From the IMG/VR virus record IMGVR_UViG_3300037501_000255: 64,000 nucleotides of DNA, one strand, 5' to 3'. The position numbers and the translations under genes were made by a program. Each line of letters starts with the position of its first letter. Position 1 is the first letter of the stretch. The notes beneath the pieces were generated by a model, which worked only from the letters and a program-made list of their open reading frames with translations, did not search any database and was not told the origin of the DNA. The DNA comes from a virus (taxonomy: Duplodnaviria > Caudoviricetes). Positions 47,547 through 58,187 of this stretch are shown one piece after another.

Positions 47547-48339
47547 GTGCTAATGTGCGCTCCTCTTTCTTCGTCTTTTTCTTTGCCTTAGTAGCGGCAA
47601 TTAGGCCGGCGAAGGCTAGGCAGGCGGCAGCACTTGCAGCTAAGCCGCCTGCCCCCTCTTCTACCACGTCTTCCTCAAGAATATCGTCTGCATCGCTTCT
47701 AATATAGTCCAAAAGTTGCTCAAGTTCCTCGTCTGATGGCATGGTCTCAGAAATACGTATCTTATCTGAGTCGTATTCCCTGCCATTATTATCCACAATC
47801 TGTACAGAGGAGGCCGACATATTCGAACCGATGATAAATATCTCTGGATTTATATCAGAGATTATCATTATCTTTGTGTCCACAAACTGTGAATTTATTA
47901 TAGCAATTCTCTTAAACGATCCACGTATAGTCATTTGGCCAGGATAATCACTTAGCGGAAGAGGAGAGAACTTTACTCTGTTTAGGATAACGTACTGCAG
48001 ATCTGCATCGGCTTCCATATTATACATTAACTCACCCTCATATTCAATGTCATATAGCTCTCGCGGATCTAGCCTGCGCGACATTCTCCTAAAAATCCCA
48101 TTTCCACACATAGCTGCCGCACGTCGATAGTATAGATCACCATTCTCATGACCGGCTAGAGAACTAAGGGCGTGATAAATCTCGAGGTCAGGCTCTTCCG
48201 TCAGTCGAGTAACACTCTTTGTATGGCTATTTAGCAGATATTTGTGCCCATGAACATCATAGAAGATCGAGCCATCAGGATGAAACTCTCGTCTCTCAAT
48301 GCGACACTGAGCTATCTCTTTCTCTGTGGTATAAGGCAT
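47527..48339 (-). CDS. Tail-anchored hypothetical protein
   Basis: Acidic linker then GLAASAAACLAFAGLIAA-TKAKKKTKK. Confidence 0.8.
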   Translation of the reverse strand: MPYTTEKEIAQCRIERREFHPDGSIFYDVHGHKYLLNSHTKSVTRLTEEPDLEIYHALSSLAGHENGDLYYRRAAAMCGNGIFRRMSRRLDPRELYDIEYEGELMYNMEADADLQYVILNRVKFSPLPLSDYPGQMTIRGSFKRIAIINSQFVDTKIMIISDINPEIFIIGSNMSASSVQIVDNNGREYDSDKIRISETMPSDEELEQLLDYIRSDADDILEEDVVEEGAGGLAASAAACLAFAGLIAATKAKKKTKKEERTLAHVIKQR

Positions 48340-49532
48340 TCTTTCTCCTCGAGACTCTTCTTTTGTACTACTTTCTTTGTTTTATACATCTTGCTCAACA
48401 TACCTACCCCTGCCGCCAAAGCCAGTGGTAGCGTCCACGAGAAAATTCCTTCCGGACCATCGGACTCTTTTACCTCTGGTTCAACCTTATCCTGCTGCGG
48501 TGAAGAGAATTCCTTGTATTCCATGGGCAGATCTAGTCTGCCAGAATCCTCTATAGCCGACGACAATATATCCACGCTATCTTTTTCTGGTGACATCATT
48601 GTGAAACATGCCGAAGGATCACATTTATGTATTCCGAATGTTGCCAAGTATAGTTCATATGGTATATCCACATCCCCGGCATCCATAACGTATAGCGATG
48701 AGCCCTCTTCTTGTAATGAACCATGAATTGCAGAGAAGTCATCTGTAGTCATAGCATCTCCGGCCAAAGCATGATAGATTCCTATAGCCGCTGCGCGGCG
48801 CTCATATCCGTGCTTAAGAGATGCCAGATCATTGAGCAGCTCGATCACCTGCAGCGAGGTGCCGCGTTCATACGCCTTTGATGATATGATGCTCCTGAAT
48901 ATCCTCCAAGCATCAATGTATGCCTTATATGCGGTGCGGCGGGCAACGACCTCTCTCATTTTAGATCGAGTTTTTTGTTTACTCATAAATTCAGCCTTTG
49001 ATAGTCTTTTGCCATTTAGGTAGTAGCTCGTTCTATTGGTTAAATGATTTATCTTAGCTGGGCCGTCGGGATTATGCAGTTTCCCGTTGTAATAGAACAT
49101 TTCTTCTGTTGTAGATTTGTTTGAGGCAATTACTGCCGGCCCACCAACACGATGGAGTGTCCCATTAATCATCCAAGCCGTATATGAACCGTCACTTGTC
49201 TCTACTGCCGGCCCATCGGTCCTATGCGGTTTGCGTGTTTGGCGACTCTTCCAGATCCGCTGCAGCGCTCCGTTTGGCAGGTAGTGGTAGTGGGGCTCAA
49301 TTTTGACGCGCTCACAATACTGTTCGTACGTTAGTCTTTGACCGTCACAGTAATACAGTTCTTTGCCATCACTAGTGACGATTGCTGGGCCCGACTCGCA
49401 ATGAATAGGTGAGCCACCAACAGTCTCTATGGCAACACCAAAAGTATCGCACGTGCTTTCTACCAAATACTCTTTAACATTACGGACTTTGCCGTCACGT
49501 GTTTTAATCACCGTCATTTTCTGAGCTGACAT
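48312..49532 (-). CDS. HRxDGPA-repeat protein (4 repeats) with C-terminal TM anchor
   Basis: HCESGPA, HRTDGPA, HRVGGPA, HNPDGPA; ends IFSWTLPLALAAGVGML-SKMYKTKK. Confidence 0.82.
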   Translation of the reverse strand: MSAQKMTVIKTRDGKVRNVKEYLVESTCDTFGVAIETVGGSPIHCESGPAIVTSDGKELYYCDGQRLTYEQYCERVKIEPHYHYLPNGALQRIWKSRQTRKPHRTDGPAVETSDGSYTAWMINGTLHRVGGPAVIASNKSTTEEMFYYNGKLHNPDGPAKINHLTNRTSYYLNGKRLSKAEFMSKQKTRSKMREVVARRTAYKAYIDAWRIFRSIISSKAYERGTSLQVIELLNDLASLKHGYERRAAAIGIYHALAGDAMTTDDFSAIHGSLQEEGSSLYVMDAGDVDIPYELYLATFGIHKCDPSACFTMMSPEKDSVDILSSAIEDSGRLDLPMEYKEFSSPQQDKVEPEVKESDGPEGIFSWTLPLALAAGVGMLSKMYKTKKVVQKKSLEEKECLIPQRKR

Positions 49533-50958
49533 GTTCCACACCTATAAAGTCATCCAATTGCTCAACTAATTCTGAGGCTGCAGATGGATCGTATACCCTC
49601 ATCTTACCGAAATCTTTTACAAATTGCAATTCGCCCTTCTCCGCATCACGCATTTTGACAATTTGAAATGGCATATCTTGGTATTGATGCTCATTATCCC
49701 TGCTCTCGATAACGAATACCATGTTGGCATTTTGTGATATGCCTGAAGCTCGCGCAAGCCTTGTGGTATTGTACTTTTGATTATTTAGTGAGTGACTAGC
49801 ATTATTAGGACGATTTACTTGACATGGTGTTACTATAGGAACATCATAAATTCGGGCCAGTTCATGCAAGCCGGCAGCAATATCGCCCTGAGCCTTCCAG
49901 TCCGCTTCGTCCTCGGCACCCTTCATTAGTCCGATATAATCGACTACAACAAGATCTACATCCATTGACTCTTTGACTTCGAGTAACTTTGCCTCAACGT
50001 CATCGACACCCACACCTCTAGGCATGTCTGCCACGAACAACTTCTTCTGCTTATCATATTCTTTGATAAACTTACATGCTTTCTTGAATGAATTCATGTC
50101 TTCGGCCTGAAGCTGTCCCCGTCTAAGATCGCCAAATGGCAGCTTGCCGATACAGGAAACCATTCTCTTGTTTAGGTAGGCGCTGCTGGATGCCTGACCT
50201 CTGTTTGAGCGCGGCATTTCCAATGAGATGTACAGAATATTATTCCCATCATCTTTAAAGTCTGCCGGTGCCGTATCAATTGTATTGCTGCCCATCCAAG
50301 CATTGATTGCCCAATTCATTGATACAAGAGATTTACCTGATCCCTCAAAACCCGCAATAATGATCAGCTCTCCGCCGAAGAAGCCATTAGTGAGATTATC
50401 TAGGCTATCGAAGCGCGTTAGTACACCCTTGAAGTCCTGCGGACTTGTGGCGATGTGATTGTATTCTTTAAAAATGTTGACTATATCCTCGCCGAGAGTT
50501 CCCTCATCAAGTGCCTTGCCTTGGCTTATTAGATTAATCTCGCGGTGGGCATCAGTGAGGCGCTTATTTAACTCGCGAATATCCATATTAGCCGAAAGTC
50601 CGGCACCAAGACTGCTGGAGAGTTCTGAAACTAAGGCTTTATTGTACCTGTCTTTAAGTAGTTTAAGGTAAAATTTGAAATCAGTCTCTGGACCGGTCTG
50701 TATGCCTAGAACTTCTTGGTACTGATTTCCAATCTTTGTCTTCAGTGCCCCATAACCCGCAGCATCGCAATACTGCATCATAGCCTGTGGGCTTAGAACC
50801 TCCTTGATAGATGGCTCCAGAAATGCTGAGTGGAGGATAGTAAAGAAGTCTCTAAACTCTGCTGAAAAGTACCCCGCTTTAACTGAGCGTGATAATTCCA
50901 TCATACTTTTTCGGCTACGCACAGCATAGCTAAGTATTGTCTGATCTAAATTATTCAT
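49504..50958 (-). CDS. dnaB: DnaB-like replicative helicase
   Basis: AGFEGSGKS, YISLEM, VVVDYIGL, VTPCQVNR, IVKMRD. Confidence 0.92.
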   Translation of the reverse strand: MNNLDQTILSYAVRSRKSMMELSRSVKAGYFSAEFRDFFTILHSAFLEPSIKEVLSPQAMMQYCDAAGYGALKTKIGNQYQEVLGIQTGPETDFKFYLKLLKDRYNKALVSELSSSLGAGLSANMDIRELNKRLTDAHREINLISQGKALDEGTLGEDIVNIFKEYNHIATSPQDFKGVLTRFDSLDNLTNGFFGGELIIIAGFEGSGKSLVSMNWAINAWMGSNTIDTAPADFKDDGNNILYISLEMPRSNRGQASSSAYLNKRMVSCIGKLPFGDLRRGQLQAEDMNSFKKACKFIKEYDKQKKLFVADMPRGVGVDDVEAKLLEVKESMDVDLVVVDYIGLMKGAEDEADWKAQGDIAAGLHELARIYDVPIVTPCQVNRPNNASHSLNNQKYNTTRLARASGISQNANMVFVIESRDNEHQYQDMPFQIVKMRDAEKGELQFVKDFGKMRVYDPSAASELVEQLDDFIGVEHVSSENDGD

Positions 50959-51638
50959 TTCTCCGCCACCCTAGACTTAATTCGGTGATCTACGCCAAGT
51001 GATACAATAGTTTTTACAGACTGTGAGCTAATCGACTCGAATATCTTCTTAAATTGCCCAGTAAAAGCCTCGTTCAGAGAAGAGTGATTTGTCGCGAATA
51101 ATATCGGTAGTCTATTCTGTACTCTATATCTAAACACGCGCTCGAAGGAGCGACCGAAGAAATTCTCAGAAGATTCGGTATCTGCAAAGTGTCGCGAGTC
51201 TACTTCATCTATACAAAGAAAATCTACATTGATCAGCTTATGATAAAATGTGGTTTTGTATGTATGGTCTGCCAGGTATGAGGCTATGTCCGAAAGCGAT
51301 GTGTAGTATGAAGTATAGCCACTCTTTAGCGCCGCCTTGAGGATAGTGCAGGCGCTCATTGTCTTCCCCGTCCCCGGCGAACCAGCATAGCATATCGATT
51401 GTCCGCCACGATACATATCGTCGATGTGTTCAACATACGCCTCTGTACTCTTTTTTATATGATCAGAGCCGGCGAAGTTTTTATAGGACAACATCCAGTA
51501 CGCTTCTGGTATATTTGCGTCCGCCATCGAATCTATGAATGAACGCATCGGAGTGCACTTCGCACAGCCGGTCTTACAGCCACACTTTTTACTAATCTCG
51601 GATTTCGCTAGCTGCTTCTTCCTCTCGATGACCGACAT
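50955..51638 (-). CDS. DnaC/IstB-like helicase loader ATPase
   Basis: N-terminal Cys cluster, GSPGTGKT, LCIDEV, FATN. Confidence 0.85.
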   Translation of the reverse strand: MSVIERKKQLAKSEISKKCGCKTGCAKCTPMRSFIDSMADANIPEAYWMLSYKNFAGSDHIKKSTEAYVEHIDDMYRGGQSICYAGSPGTGKTMSACTILKAALKSGYTSYYTSLSDIASYLADHTYKTTFYHKLINVDFLCIDEVDSRHFADTESSENFFGRSFERVFRYRVQNRLPILFATNHSSLNEAFTGQFKKIFESISSQSVKTIVSLGVDHRIKSRVAEK

Positions 51639-52329
51639 TGTCGTCCTCCATATTATCATTCACTTCGGATAGCGGCACGGGGCGCTCAAACGGCGAGCTT
51701 GACATTGAGAAGTCTGTGGGTAGGCGCATTGATAGACGACCAGTGCGAGGTGCTCCGAACTTCGTTGCGGCCGTAGCTATCTGGTTAACTAAATTCACCT
51801 TAGCTTGAATGTCCGCCATAGCAGCGTCCTTCTTTTCCGAATCTGTAGTGATAGTGATATTTGAGCCATCCAGTACGATATCTTTAACTACAAAAGAGCC
51901 TAGCACCGTCTTGATTTCTGAATTGGTAAATATTAGCTTCGCCAAATCTGGCGTCCAGCGAGATTGCTCTATAAGCGCTCTGTCTACGCCATCAATTGTG
52001 AACAATCTATTTAGTGCGCCAGTAAATGCTACCGTAATTGATGTCTTTGCAGGCATTTGCGGTTGAATTGGGTTTGGTGACGGAGATATTGGATGTAATT
52101 GTACCGGCCGGAATTGATCGTCGTCATCGGGGCCGTCGCTTGGTGGAGCTGGTGGAGGCGCGGTATCTACGGCTGGAATTTCTTCCACATACAGAACGTT
52201 CTCCCACAATATTTTACGACGAATAACATCTTGAACTATAACAAGGTATCTTTCGTCCTCGAAAAGCAGTCTGCCAACTACGGCATGGGGACGGGGCACT
52301 CCTGGTATCTTGAGAAATACTTTTAGCAT
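51592..52329 (-). CDS. Hypothetical protein, Pro-rich linker
   Basis: 245 aa ORF in replication operon. Confidence 0.7.
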   Translation of the reverse strand: MLKVFLKIPGVPRPHAVVGRLLFEDERYLVIVQDVIRRKILWENVLYVEEIPAVDTAPPPAPPSDGPDDDDQFRPVQLHPISPSPNPIQPQMPAKTSITVAFTGALNRLFTIDGVDRALIEQSRWTPDLAKLIFTNSEIKTVLGSFVVKDIVLDGSNITITTDSEKKDAAMADIQAKVNLVNQIATAATKFGAPRTGRLSMRLPTDFSMSSSPFERPVPLSEVNDNMEDDNVGHREEEAASEIRD

Positions 52330-53046
52330 TCATTCACTCCAACCAACTATATTCATCTTCTCGTCGACTATATTATTGAAACGCAGTCGATCGACGAATG
52401 TCTTGAAATCCGGCACGGCATCAAGATGCCCGTCGCGATACGCGAGAAGTGCCATCCTTAGTTCGCCGAAGTCGCGAAGGGACACGATATTTAATACCTC
52501 AGGACAGTTGTCCTGTATCCATGAGATCATCTTTTCAGGTAGTGGTTTGTCGCGAGTGATCTTTCTGGCTTTGTTGCGATAAAATTTGAACTCCTGCACT
52601 AAGTCCGGCACCGTCAAAAAGCTTAGACTTGTTATTTTTTTATTCTTCTTAGAGACCTTGTTAGTAAATATCCAATCTATATACTCCTTGCTAAGCAGCG
52701 CATCATTTCCAAGCATTGCGTATACTTTCCTAATACAGAAGATCTCCACACCGTTGAATAGTCCACGATCATTTAGTGAAAATGTAAACGAAAAGCCGTA
52801 ATATCGCTTATATTGCTCAGCAAAATAGCCTAAAAGGCATACGAGGTGGTCTTTCTTTGAATCCCACTTCTGAGGATCTTGCCAAAATGAGGAATAGCTA
52901 TCGCGCCAGCGTCTCCAATCATCAATTACCTTTCCGCAGTTGCTGCACTCAAGCCACGGCGTATTATCATCATCATAGCGAATATTGAAAATACCAACAT
53001 CGCGGCATGCGGCGGTATCGTGAATAATCGGCTTTTTCTTGCTCAT
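52330..53046 (-). CDS. Hypothetical replication-associated protein with CxxC
   Basis: ECSNCG; lies between helicase genes. Confidence 0.7.
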   Translation of the reverse strand: MSKKKPIIHDTAACRDVGIFNIRYDDDNTPWLECSNCGKVIDDWRRWRDSYSSFWQDPQKWDSKKDHLVCLLGYFAEQYKRYYGFSFTFSLNDRGLFNGVEIFCIRKVYAMLGNDALLSKEYIDWIFTNKVSKKNKKITSLSFLTVPDLVQEFKFYRNKARKITRDKPLPEKMISWIQDNCPEVLNIVSLRDFGELRMALLAYRDGHLDAVPDFKTFVDRLRFNNIVDEKMNIVGWSE

Positions 53047-54557
53047 TACAACTTACCCTTTTTTGATAGGTATTTGTGCATGTCTGGGCCAGTCTTCACT
53101 GCAAAGGCAGGCTCAGACTTATATATATCATAGCGCAATACTGAGTGATCCTTCATAAAGTGCGTCTGATCGAATGTCTCTATTATGAATGCGTCTCGCT
53201 TGTTTGATTCGGGATTTGTGCGGATTACTCTCCCAACCCGCTGAAGCGCCTTGGCGGTACTCTTGCCACCAGCGCACGGGATGAGCGCATCGAGCTCCTT
53301 AATATCTACGCCTTGGTCATAGATGGTGCTGGCAACCAGGATATCGATAAGGCCGGCTCGGTAGTCATCTCGTATTTTTTCTCTCTCCGAGGCTCGCATT
53401 CGTCCATTGACAAGTCTTACTCGAATATCCGCAGGCATCTTCTCAATTAACCTCTCGCCGTGAGAGATTTCGCGATAAAGCATTAGTGGTCGACGACCCA
53501 TCTCTAGTAGCTTTAAAGTGTTACTAACGAGCATGCCGTCCCTTACATCATTGTCATTAATGTATTTCTTCTTAACATCTCGCCACTGCTTTTCTATAAA
53601 TGACTCATATTTGGGTATATCTCTAAAGATAATCTTTGGCTGTGCAAGATAGCCCTTCTCAATTAATTCGGATGCAGTGATGTCGCATATTCGCGGTCCA
53701 AAAGCAGCCTCGAGGAGAATATCATCTCCTGATGTTCTCCATGGTGTTGCTGTAAATCCAAGACGGTATGAGGCGTCCTTGCTTTCGCGCAAAATGAGGC
53801 GTATGGACTGGGCTGCTGCAAACTGCGCTTCATCAAGAATTATTACTTTAGATGAGTGTATTGCATCAAGTATGTCCCGTTTCTGCTTTTCATTTGGCGT
53901 CCAGCGCTCAACGTCTTCTTCATCAAGTGCCTTGATTGCCTGACCGCATGCCGTGCCAGCTGTCCATACACTGCATACATTTATTTTTCGTATCTCGCAT
54001 TTCCCACCGCCTATTATGCCGACATCAAGGCCTGTGGCGTCCGCGATAGTTTCATGCATTTGATTTAGCAGCTCCAAACTGACTACGTATACCATTGTCG
54101 GTAGATTCAGTTGCCCTACGATATTAGCTATCGCATAAGTCTTTCCGGAGCCGGTGGGCGATTTTATCATACCACGCTTTTTATCTAGGGCCATGTCCGT
54201 TATTCGAATCTGGTGGGGGTAGAGCTTTGGGCCCAGATACGGAGCCGGTTTGAGGCGCTCCTCATAGCGTATATTGTTTACTATCTCAACTTCAATTCCA
54301 AATCCCCTAAGTGCCGTATGTACCTTTTCTACCAGTCCAGATGGGAATTTGAGAGTGCGTGTAAGAAGTCGATTTTTACCGTCCCACCCGCCTGTTTTAT
54401 ATTGCAGTTGGAATTTATAACCGGGCTCAGAGTATGATAATAGATCAGATATCGCATCTATTATTTCAAGTTGCGTTAGACCTTCAATTTGAGTATAGAC
54501 TGAACTTACTATTAGTTTAACCACATTGCCTGGCCAATTAAGACACATAAGGGCCAT
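53046..54557 (-). CDS. UvsW/Rad25-like SF2 DNA helicase
   Basis: SPTGSGKT, DEAQ, GFTATP, QGVDI, QRVGRVIR. Confidence 0.93.
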   Translation of the reverse strand: MALMCLNWPGNVVKLIVSSVYTQIEGLTQLEIIDAISDLLSYSEPGYKFQLQYKTGGWDGKNRLLTRTLKFPSGLVEKVHTALRGFGIEVEIVNNIRYEERLKPAPYLGPKLYPHQIRITDMALDKKRGMIKSPTGSGKTYAIANIVGQLNLPTMVYVVSLELLNQMHETIADATGLDVGIIGGGKCEIRKINVCSVWTAGTACGQAIKALDEEDVERWTPNEKQKRDILDAIHSSKVIILDEAQFAAAQSIRLILRESKDASYRLGFTATPWRTSGDDILLEAAFGPRICDITASELIEKGYLAQPKIIFRDIPKYESFIEKQWRDVKKKYINDNDVRDGMLVSNTLKLLEMGRRPLMLYREISHGERLIEKMPADIRVRLVNGRMRASEREKIRDDYRAGLIDILVASTIYDQGVDIKELDALIPCAGGKSTAKALQRVGRVIRTNPESNKRDAFIIETFDQTHFMKDHSVLRYDIYKSEPAFAVKTGPDMHKYLSKKGKL

Positions 54558-54595
54558 ATTTCAGGCCCCTCCGTGTTGGGTTGTAACGCAGCTGT

Positions 54596-56047
54596 TTAGC
54601 GGCGCCTATCTAAAATGTCCTTGCGTGAAGCTGAGATTAGCTTGCCAACAGCGCTTTTGTTTTTGCGTATCTTGTCAAGCATCTTATCTGCCGCAGTGGT
54701 AGTTCTATCTTTGTTTAGTCCGACATTCATCTTGTCTGCAGACATCTTCTTCTTGTCTACTAGGGCAGACATGTGGCGATCTGCTTCCTTCTTGAGCGAA
54801 TCAACGCGCTCGCGCGGGAGCCCCATTCCACTGAATATGAAGTAGATCTGTATATCATCATTATCTGATGGAACTTGGTATATGCCCTTGAATACGCGAG
54901 CTGAGCTGTACTCATCTGCAATGAACTTAAATATGAATGAAATCGACTGTGTCGGCACTCTATCTAGCACCTCTTGGCGCGCAGTTACGAGAATGCCGAC
55001 GCTTTGAGCTTCTTTGAGGTCAAAGCCGCTGGCCAATAGACCATGCTCGAGATTGTCGGAGATTGCGGACACTAGAGCAAGGTCATTGCTCTCATACTCA
55101 TCTCTTGAAATACGATTGGAGCCGAAGAGTACGCAATTGCCTGCTTCCAGCAGTGATTTTGCTAAATCCATCGGATCAAGAGATTCTAGATTTGATGGTT
55201 GTGAGGCTAGAGCATTAAACATATGCAGAGGCTCAACAATAGCGTTGTTGGCGACTTTCCAGAATTGAGCAGGGCCCAGATTTGAGTAGGCGAGCTCAAT
55301 TTTGGCATTATCCACGAGAACTAGCGAATTAATTACCTCTTTCGAGGCCATGTCCGCCATCTCGGATAGCACCTGTACAGCATTGAATTTAGACTGACTG
55401 TCGTCCGTTGAGCCGGGCAGTACCAGCATTACTATTACTGGCTTTCCAAATGTCGCAAGCAGGCTTGCAATTGTACTGGCGCTTCCTGCGCCGGTACCGC
55501 CGCCAGCCGATGCACACAATACAAGTACGTCAGCCTCTGCAATATGCTCGGTAATGAATGTTTTGACATGTTCAAAGTTGTCTTCTATGGCAGCACGAGC
55601 TACTTCCAAATCCTTACCTGTTCCGCCAAGGGAGTAGTTCATGAAGAATTTGCGACCCTCAGGAATTTCCAGCAGCTCAAGATCCTGCTTTGCGGTATTT
55701 ACAGCGCAAACGTCGTACCCAAGGTCATAAAAGACCTTGGCTAACTTGCCGCCGGCCTGACCGGAGCCGATTACACCAAAACGAAGAGACACTCGCCTCT
55801 CAACTGTTTTTGGCTTTGGCTGCTCGGTACCAGAAGACTCGCGCTGGGCCTTCTTTTGCTCTAGGAATTTTTCAAAATCCTGATTTCTAATTGCTTCTTT
55901 TGTTGGGTCTGTCATCTCTGGTCTCCCGTGACTTAATAGTATTTTTAGTTGTTCATTTTCTTTTATTATTTGAGCTTCGGACTTGATGTACGTAGTACGG
56001 GTGTCCTCATCAATTATTACAACTCTAGACGACTTATTTTCACTCAT
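54596..56047 (-). CDS. Tubulin/FtsZ-superfamily GTPase (PhuZ/TubZ-like)
   Basis: GSGQAGGKL, AVNTA..D, GGTGKD, GGGTGAG signature, LVDN, T7-like LDPMD, charged C-terminal tail. Confidence 0.92.
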   Translation of the reverse strand: MSENKSSRVVIIDEDTRTTYIKSEAQIIKENEQLKILLSHGRPEMTDPTKEAIRNQDFEKFLEQKKAQRESSGTEQPKPKTVERRVSLRFGVIGSGQAGGKLAKVFYDLGYDVCAVNTAKQDLELLEIPEGRKFFMNYSLGGTGKDLEVARAAIEDNFEHVKTFITEHIAEADVLVLCASAGGGTGAGSASTIASLLATFGKPVIVMLVLPGSTDDSQSKFNAVQVLSEMADMASKEVINSLVLVDNAKIELAYSNLGPAQFWKVANNAIVEPLHMFNALASQPSNLESLDPMDLAKSLLEAGNCVLFGSNRISRDEYESNDLALVSAISDNLEHGLLASGFDLKEAQSVGILVTARQEVLDRVPTQSISFIFKFIADEYSSARVFKGIYQVPSDNDDIQIYFIFSGMGLPRERVDSLKKEADRHMSALVDKKKMSADKMNVGLNKDRTTTAADKMLDKIRKNKSAVGKLISASRKDILDRRR

Positions 56048-56897
56048 TGCGCGCCTCATTTGAAGCCCAGGTATTCACAGCATGCCACGACAGCGTATGC
56101 TCCAAGGCTTCTCTGAGTTCATATTTTGAGTTCCACCCCATAGCCTGTAGCCTGTCACAGTTGGCTGGGGTAAATTCATGCTTTGCAATGTCAATTGGAA
56201 GCCCTTCTGAAATCCTCTGTAGGCCCATCATAATCTCATACTCGCTCGCAACCCTACCCGAGGCAGCAAAGTACTCTCCGCTCATACTGCCGGAGTTTAA
56301 CAGAAGCTCGGCAGACGATAATAGGTCTTTTATATATAACCATTCTCTGGGCGTATTTGAGGCTGCCTCTGTGTTGGGCCACTTACTTGCAATAATGCGA
56401 CCCATTGCCGCGGTGAGCGGATCGCCGTCCTCCTGACGTGGACCATATATTCGGCATGTGCGCAAAATGCTTGTCGTATCCATATTGCTATCTGATTTGC
56501 AAATTTCAACGCCATAACGATACGATTCATTTCTATCCTCTGACCATGAATCCGGCACTAGGTAGAGCACATGCGCGCCAAATTCTTTGGCACTAGCAAT
56601 GGTCCGTACAAGGGATTGGTGATACGTGCTGCGCTCTGGGGTTTTGCAGAAAACCACCTGGGAGGGGCGCTCTAATTCAAATAACTTCCTGGTTATATGT
56701 GGGTCGCTCATTTGTGTAAGGTAAAATTTGTGCCTCTCCCCTCTTTTATGCGAGAGCGCAAAGTGTAGATTTCGCAAATCTCGCTCTACACGCAAATCAT
56801 CTACTGTGACTAGCGTATGTTGCGTGTTTTGCAGCAGGGATGCTGCTAGACTTGCGCCTAGACCCGAGGCGGCTCCAACAATCAAAATCTTAGACAC
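56040..56897 (-). CDS. NAD-dependent epimerase/dehydratase family
   Basis: ILIVGAASGLG, R..RIYGPRQ, REWLYIKD, L..TL.W. Confidence 0.8.
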   Translation of the reverse strand: MSKILIVGAASGLGASLAASLLQNTQHTLVTVDDLRVERDLRNLHFALSHKRGERHKFYLTQMSDPHITRKLFELERPSQVVFCKTPERSTYHQSLVRTIASAKEFGAHVLYLVPDSWSEDRNESYRYGVEICKSDSNMDTTSILRTCRIYGPRQEDGDPLTAAMGRIIASKWPNTEAASNTPREWLYIKDLLSSAELLLNSGSMSGEYFAASGRVASEYEIMMGLQRISEGLPIDIAKHEFTPANCDRLQAMGWNSKYELREALEHTLSWHAVNTWASNEARNE

Positions 56898-56905
56898 TCT
56901 AGCTC

Positions 56906-57511
56906 CTATTTTGTAAACCTTGCCTCTTCTAAGAATTGAGGTCGGGTGGGACGGAGGATATTTGCCGGTATATATCCCCGCTTTTCATTGATTAATACAT
57001 CGAGGGTCTGCTCAAACGTAGTTCCTTGGATTGATGCTGCGTAAATATCTGCAGCGCCCGATGCCCGCGCAAGGTGTAAGCCGGGGTCGCTAACGCTAAG
57101 GCCGTATGGGATTCTGGCATCTGCGCCAAATATATCGGAGGCAACAATGTTCATAGGCTGCCATACTAAAACATATGAAGAGTGATACTTTGCTATCTTT
57201 TTTAGCATATCGATCTCAGGCTGAGTAACGCAAAGTATTGATGATTGGTAGCTACTATAGATTGTCAGATCCAAAACCCCATCAACATGCGGATCTGTTC
57301 GCTGAGATATGAATATGTCTGGTGTGACGCAGAATTGCGCCGCCCGCTCACCAACAGCAATGACTACATCAAAAAATGCTCTCAAAGTCTTATAGCTTAT
57401 TGCGGGAAGGCGATTGTCTAAGACGAGGACACGCCGCCCGTCCATTGAGTGCTGTAGTGCGGAAACATTTACAGCCGAGCTGTGATTTCCAAAGAGATTA
57501 TTTTTGTTCAT
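56906..57511 (-). CDS. Hypothetical protein, possible Maf/MptE-like fold
   Basis: Rossmann-like pattern RVLVL..FDVVIAV, within sugar cluster. Confidence 0.45.
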   Translation of the reverse strand: MNKNNLFGNHSSAVNVSALQHSMDGRRVLVLDNRLPAISYKTLRAFFDVVIAVGERAAQFCVTPDIFISQRTDPHVDGVLDLTIYSSYQSSILCVTQPEIDMLKKIAKYHSSYVLVWQPMNIVASDIFGADARIPYGLSVSDPGLHLARASGAADIYAASIQGTTFEQTLDVLINEKRGYIPANILRPTRPQFLEEARFTK

Positions 57512-58187
57512 GCCATTCTTTAAGTAAATCGCTAAGATCTGCACCAGATACTACATCTGTGAGAAGCGCATCTAACATAGCAATACTGGACTTGGTTTCA
57601 AACCTAAGGTCTTGTATTCCATCATATATATAGTATGGACCTTCATTAGTATTGTTTATCGACTCCCATGCAATACTCTTAATTAACTCCGCCTGCTTTT
57701 CAGCATAATTCCTATATCTGTATAAATTGGCTATAGTGTGAAATGGTAGGACTGAAACTTCAATCCCTGCAGGGTATCCAACCGTATGTACTGGTGCGAG
57801 AGTCTCTGCATGCCTCATAATACACTCTTTGATTAGTCCAGGGGGCGTAAGTGCCGCGTCAGCCCGGACAATACAAAGTGAAGTCAGTCCAAATTTAATA
57901 CACGCCTCATATGCTTTTCCTACCCAGTCTTTCTTATCTGAGAAATGCAACTTAACCCTCTCATCTGACTGAATAAGTGTTTTATCTAGTGCTGCTGAAT
58001 TAAATGCCGTGCCGTTAACCTGCGCCATATCTTTATAGTCGAGACACACAACTATCTTATGTGCAACCTCAACATCAGTTACTGCTAAAATCGTATGCTC
58101 CAATATGGTCTTACCAGCTGCCCTGTAAAGAAGCTTCCACTCCCACATTGGATCTCGCAGGCTCCCCAAAATGACGACGCCAATCAT
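57498..58187 (-). CDS. SpsF/acylneuraminate cytidylyltransferase-like protein
   Basis: GKTILEHTI, IVV, IVRADA, YPAGIEV; N-terminal ARxxSxR motif degenerate. Confidence 0.7.
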   Translation of the reverse strand: MIGVVILGSLRDPMWEWKLLYRAAGKTILEHTILAVTDVEVAHKIVVCLDYKDMAQVNGTAFNSAALDKTLIQSDERVKLHFSDKKDWVGKAYEACIKFGLTSLCIVRADAALTPPGLIKECIMRHAETLAPVHTVGYPAGIEVSVLPFHTIANLYRYRNYAEKQAELIKSIAWESINNTNEGPYYIYDGIQDLRFETKSSIAMLDALLTDVVSGADLSDLLKEWHEQK

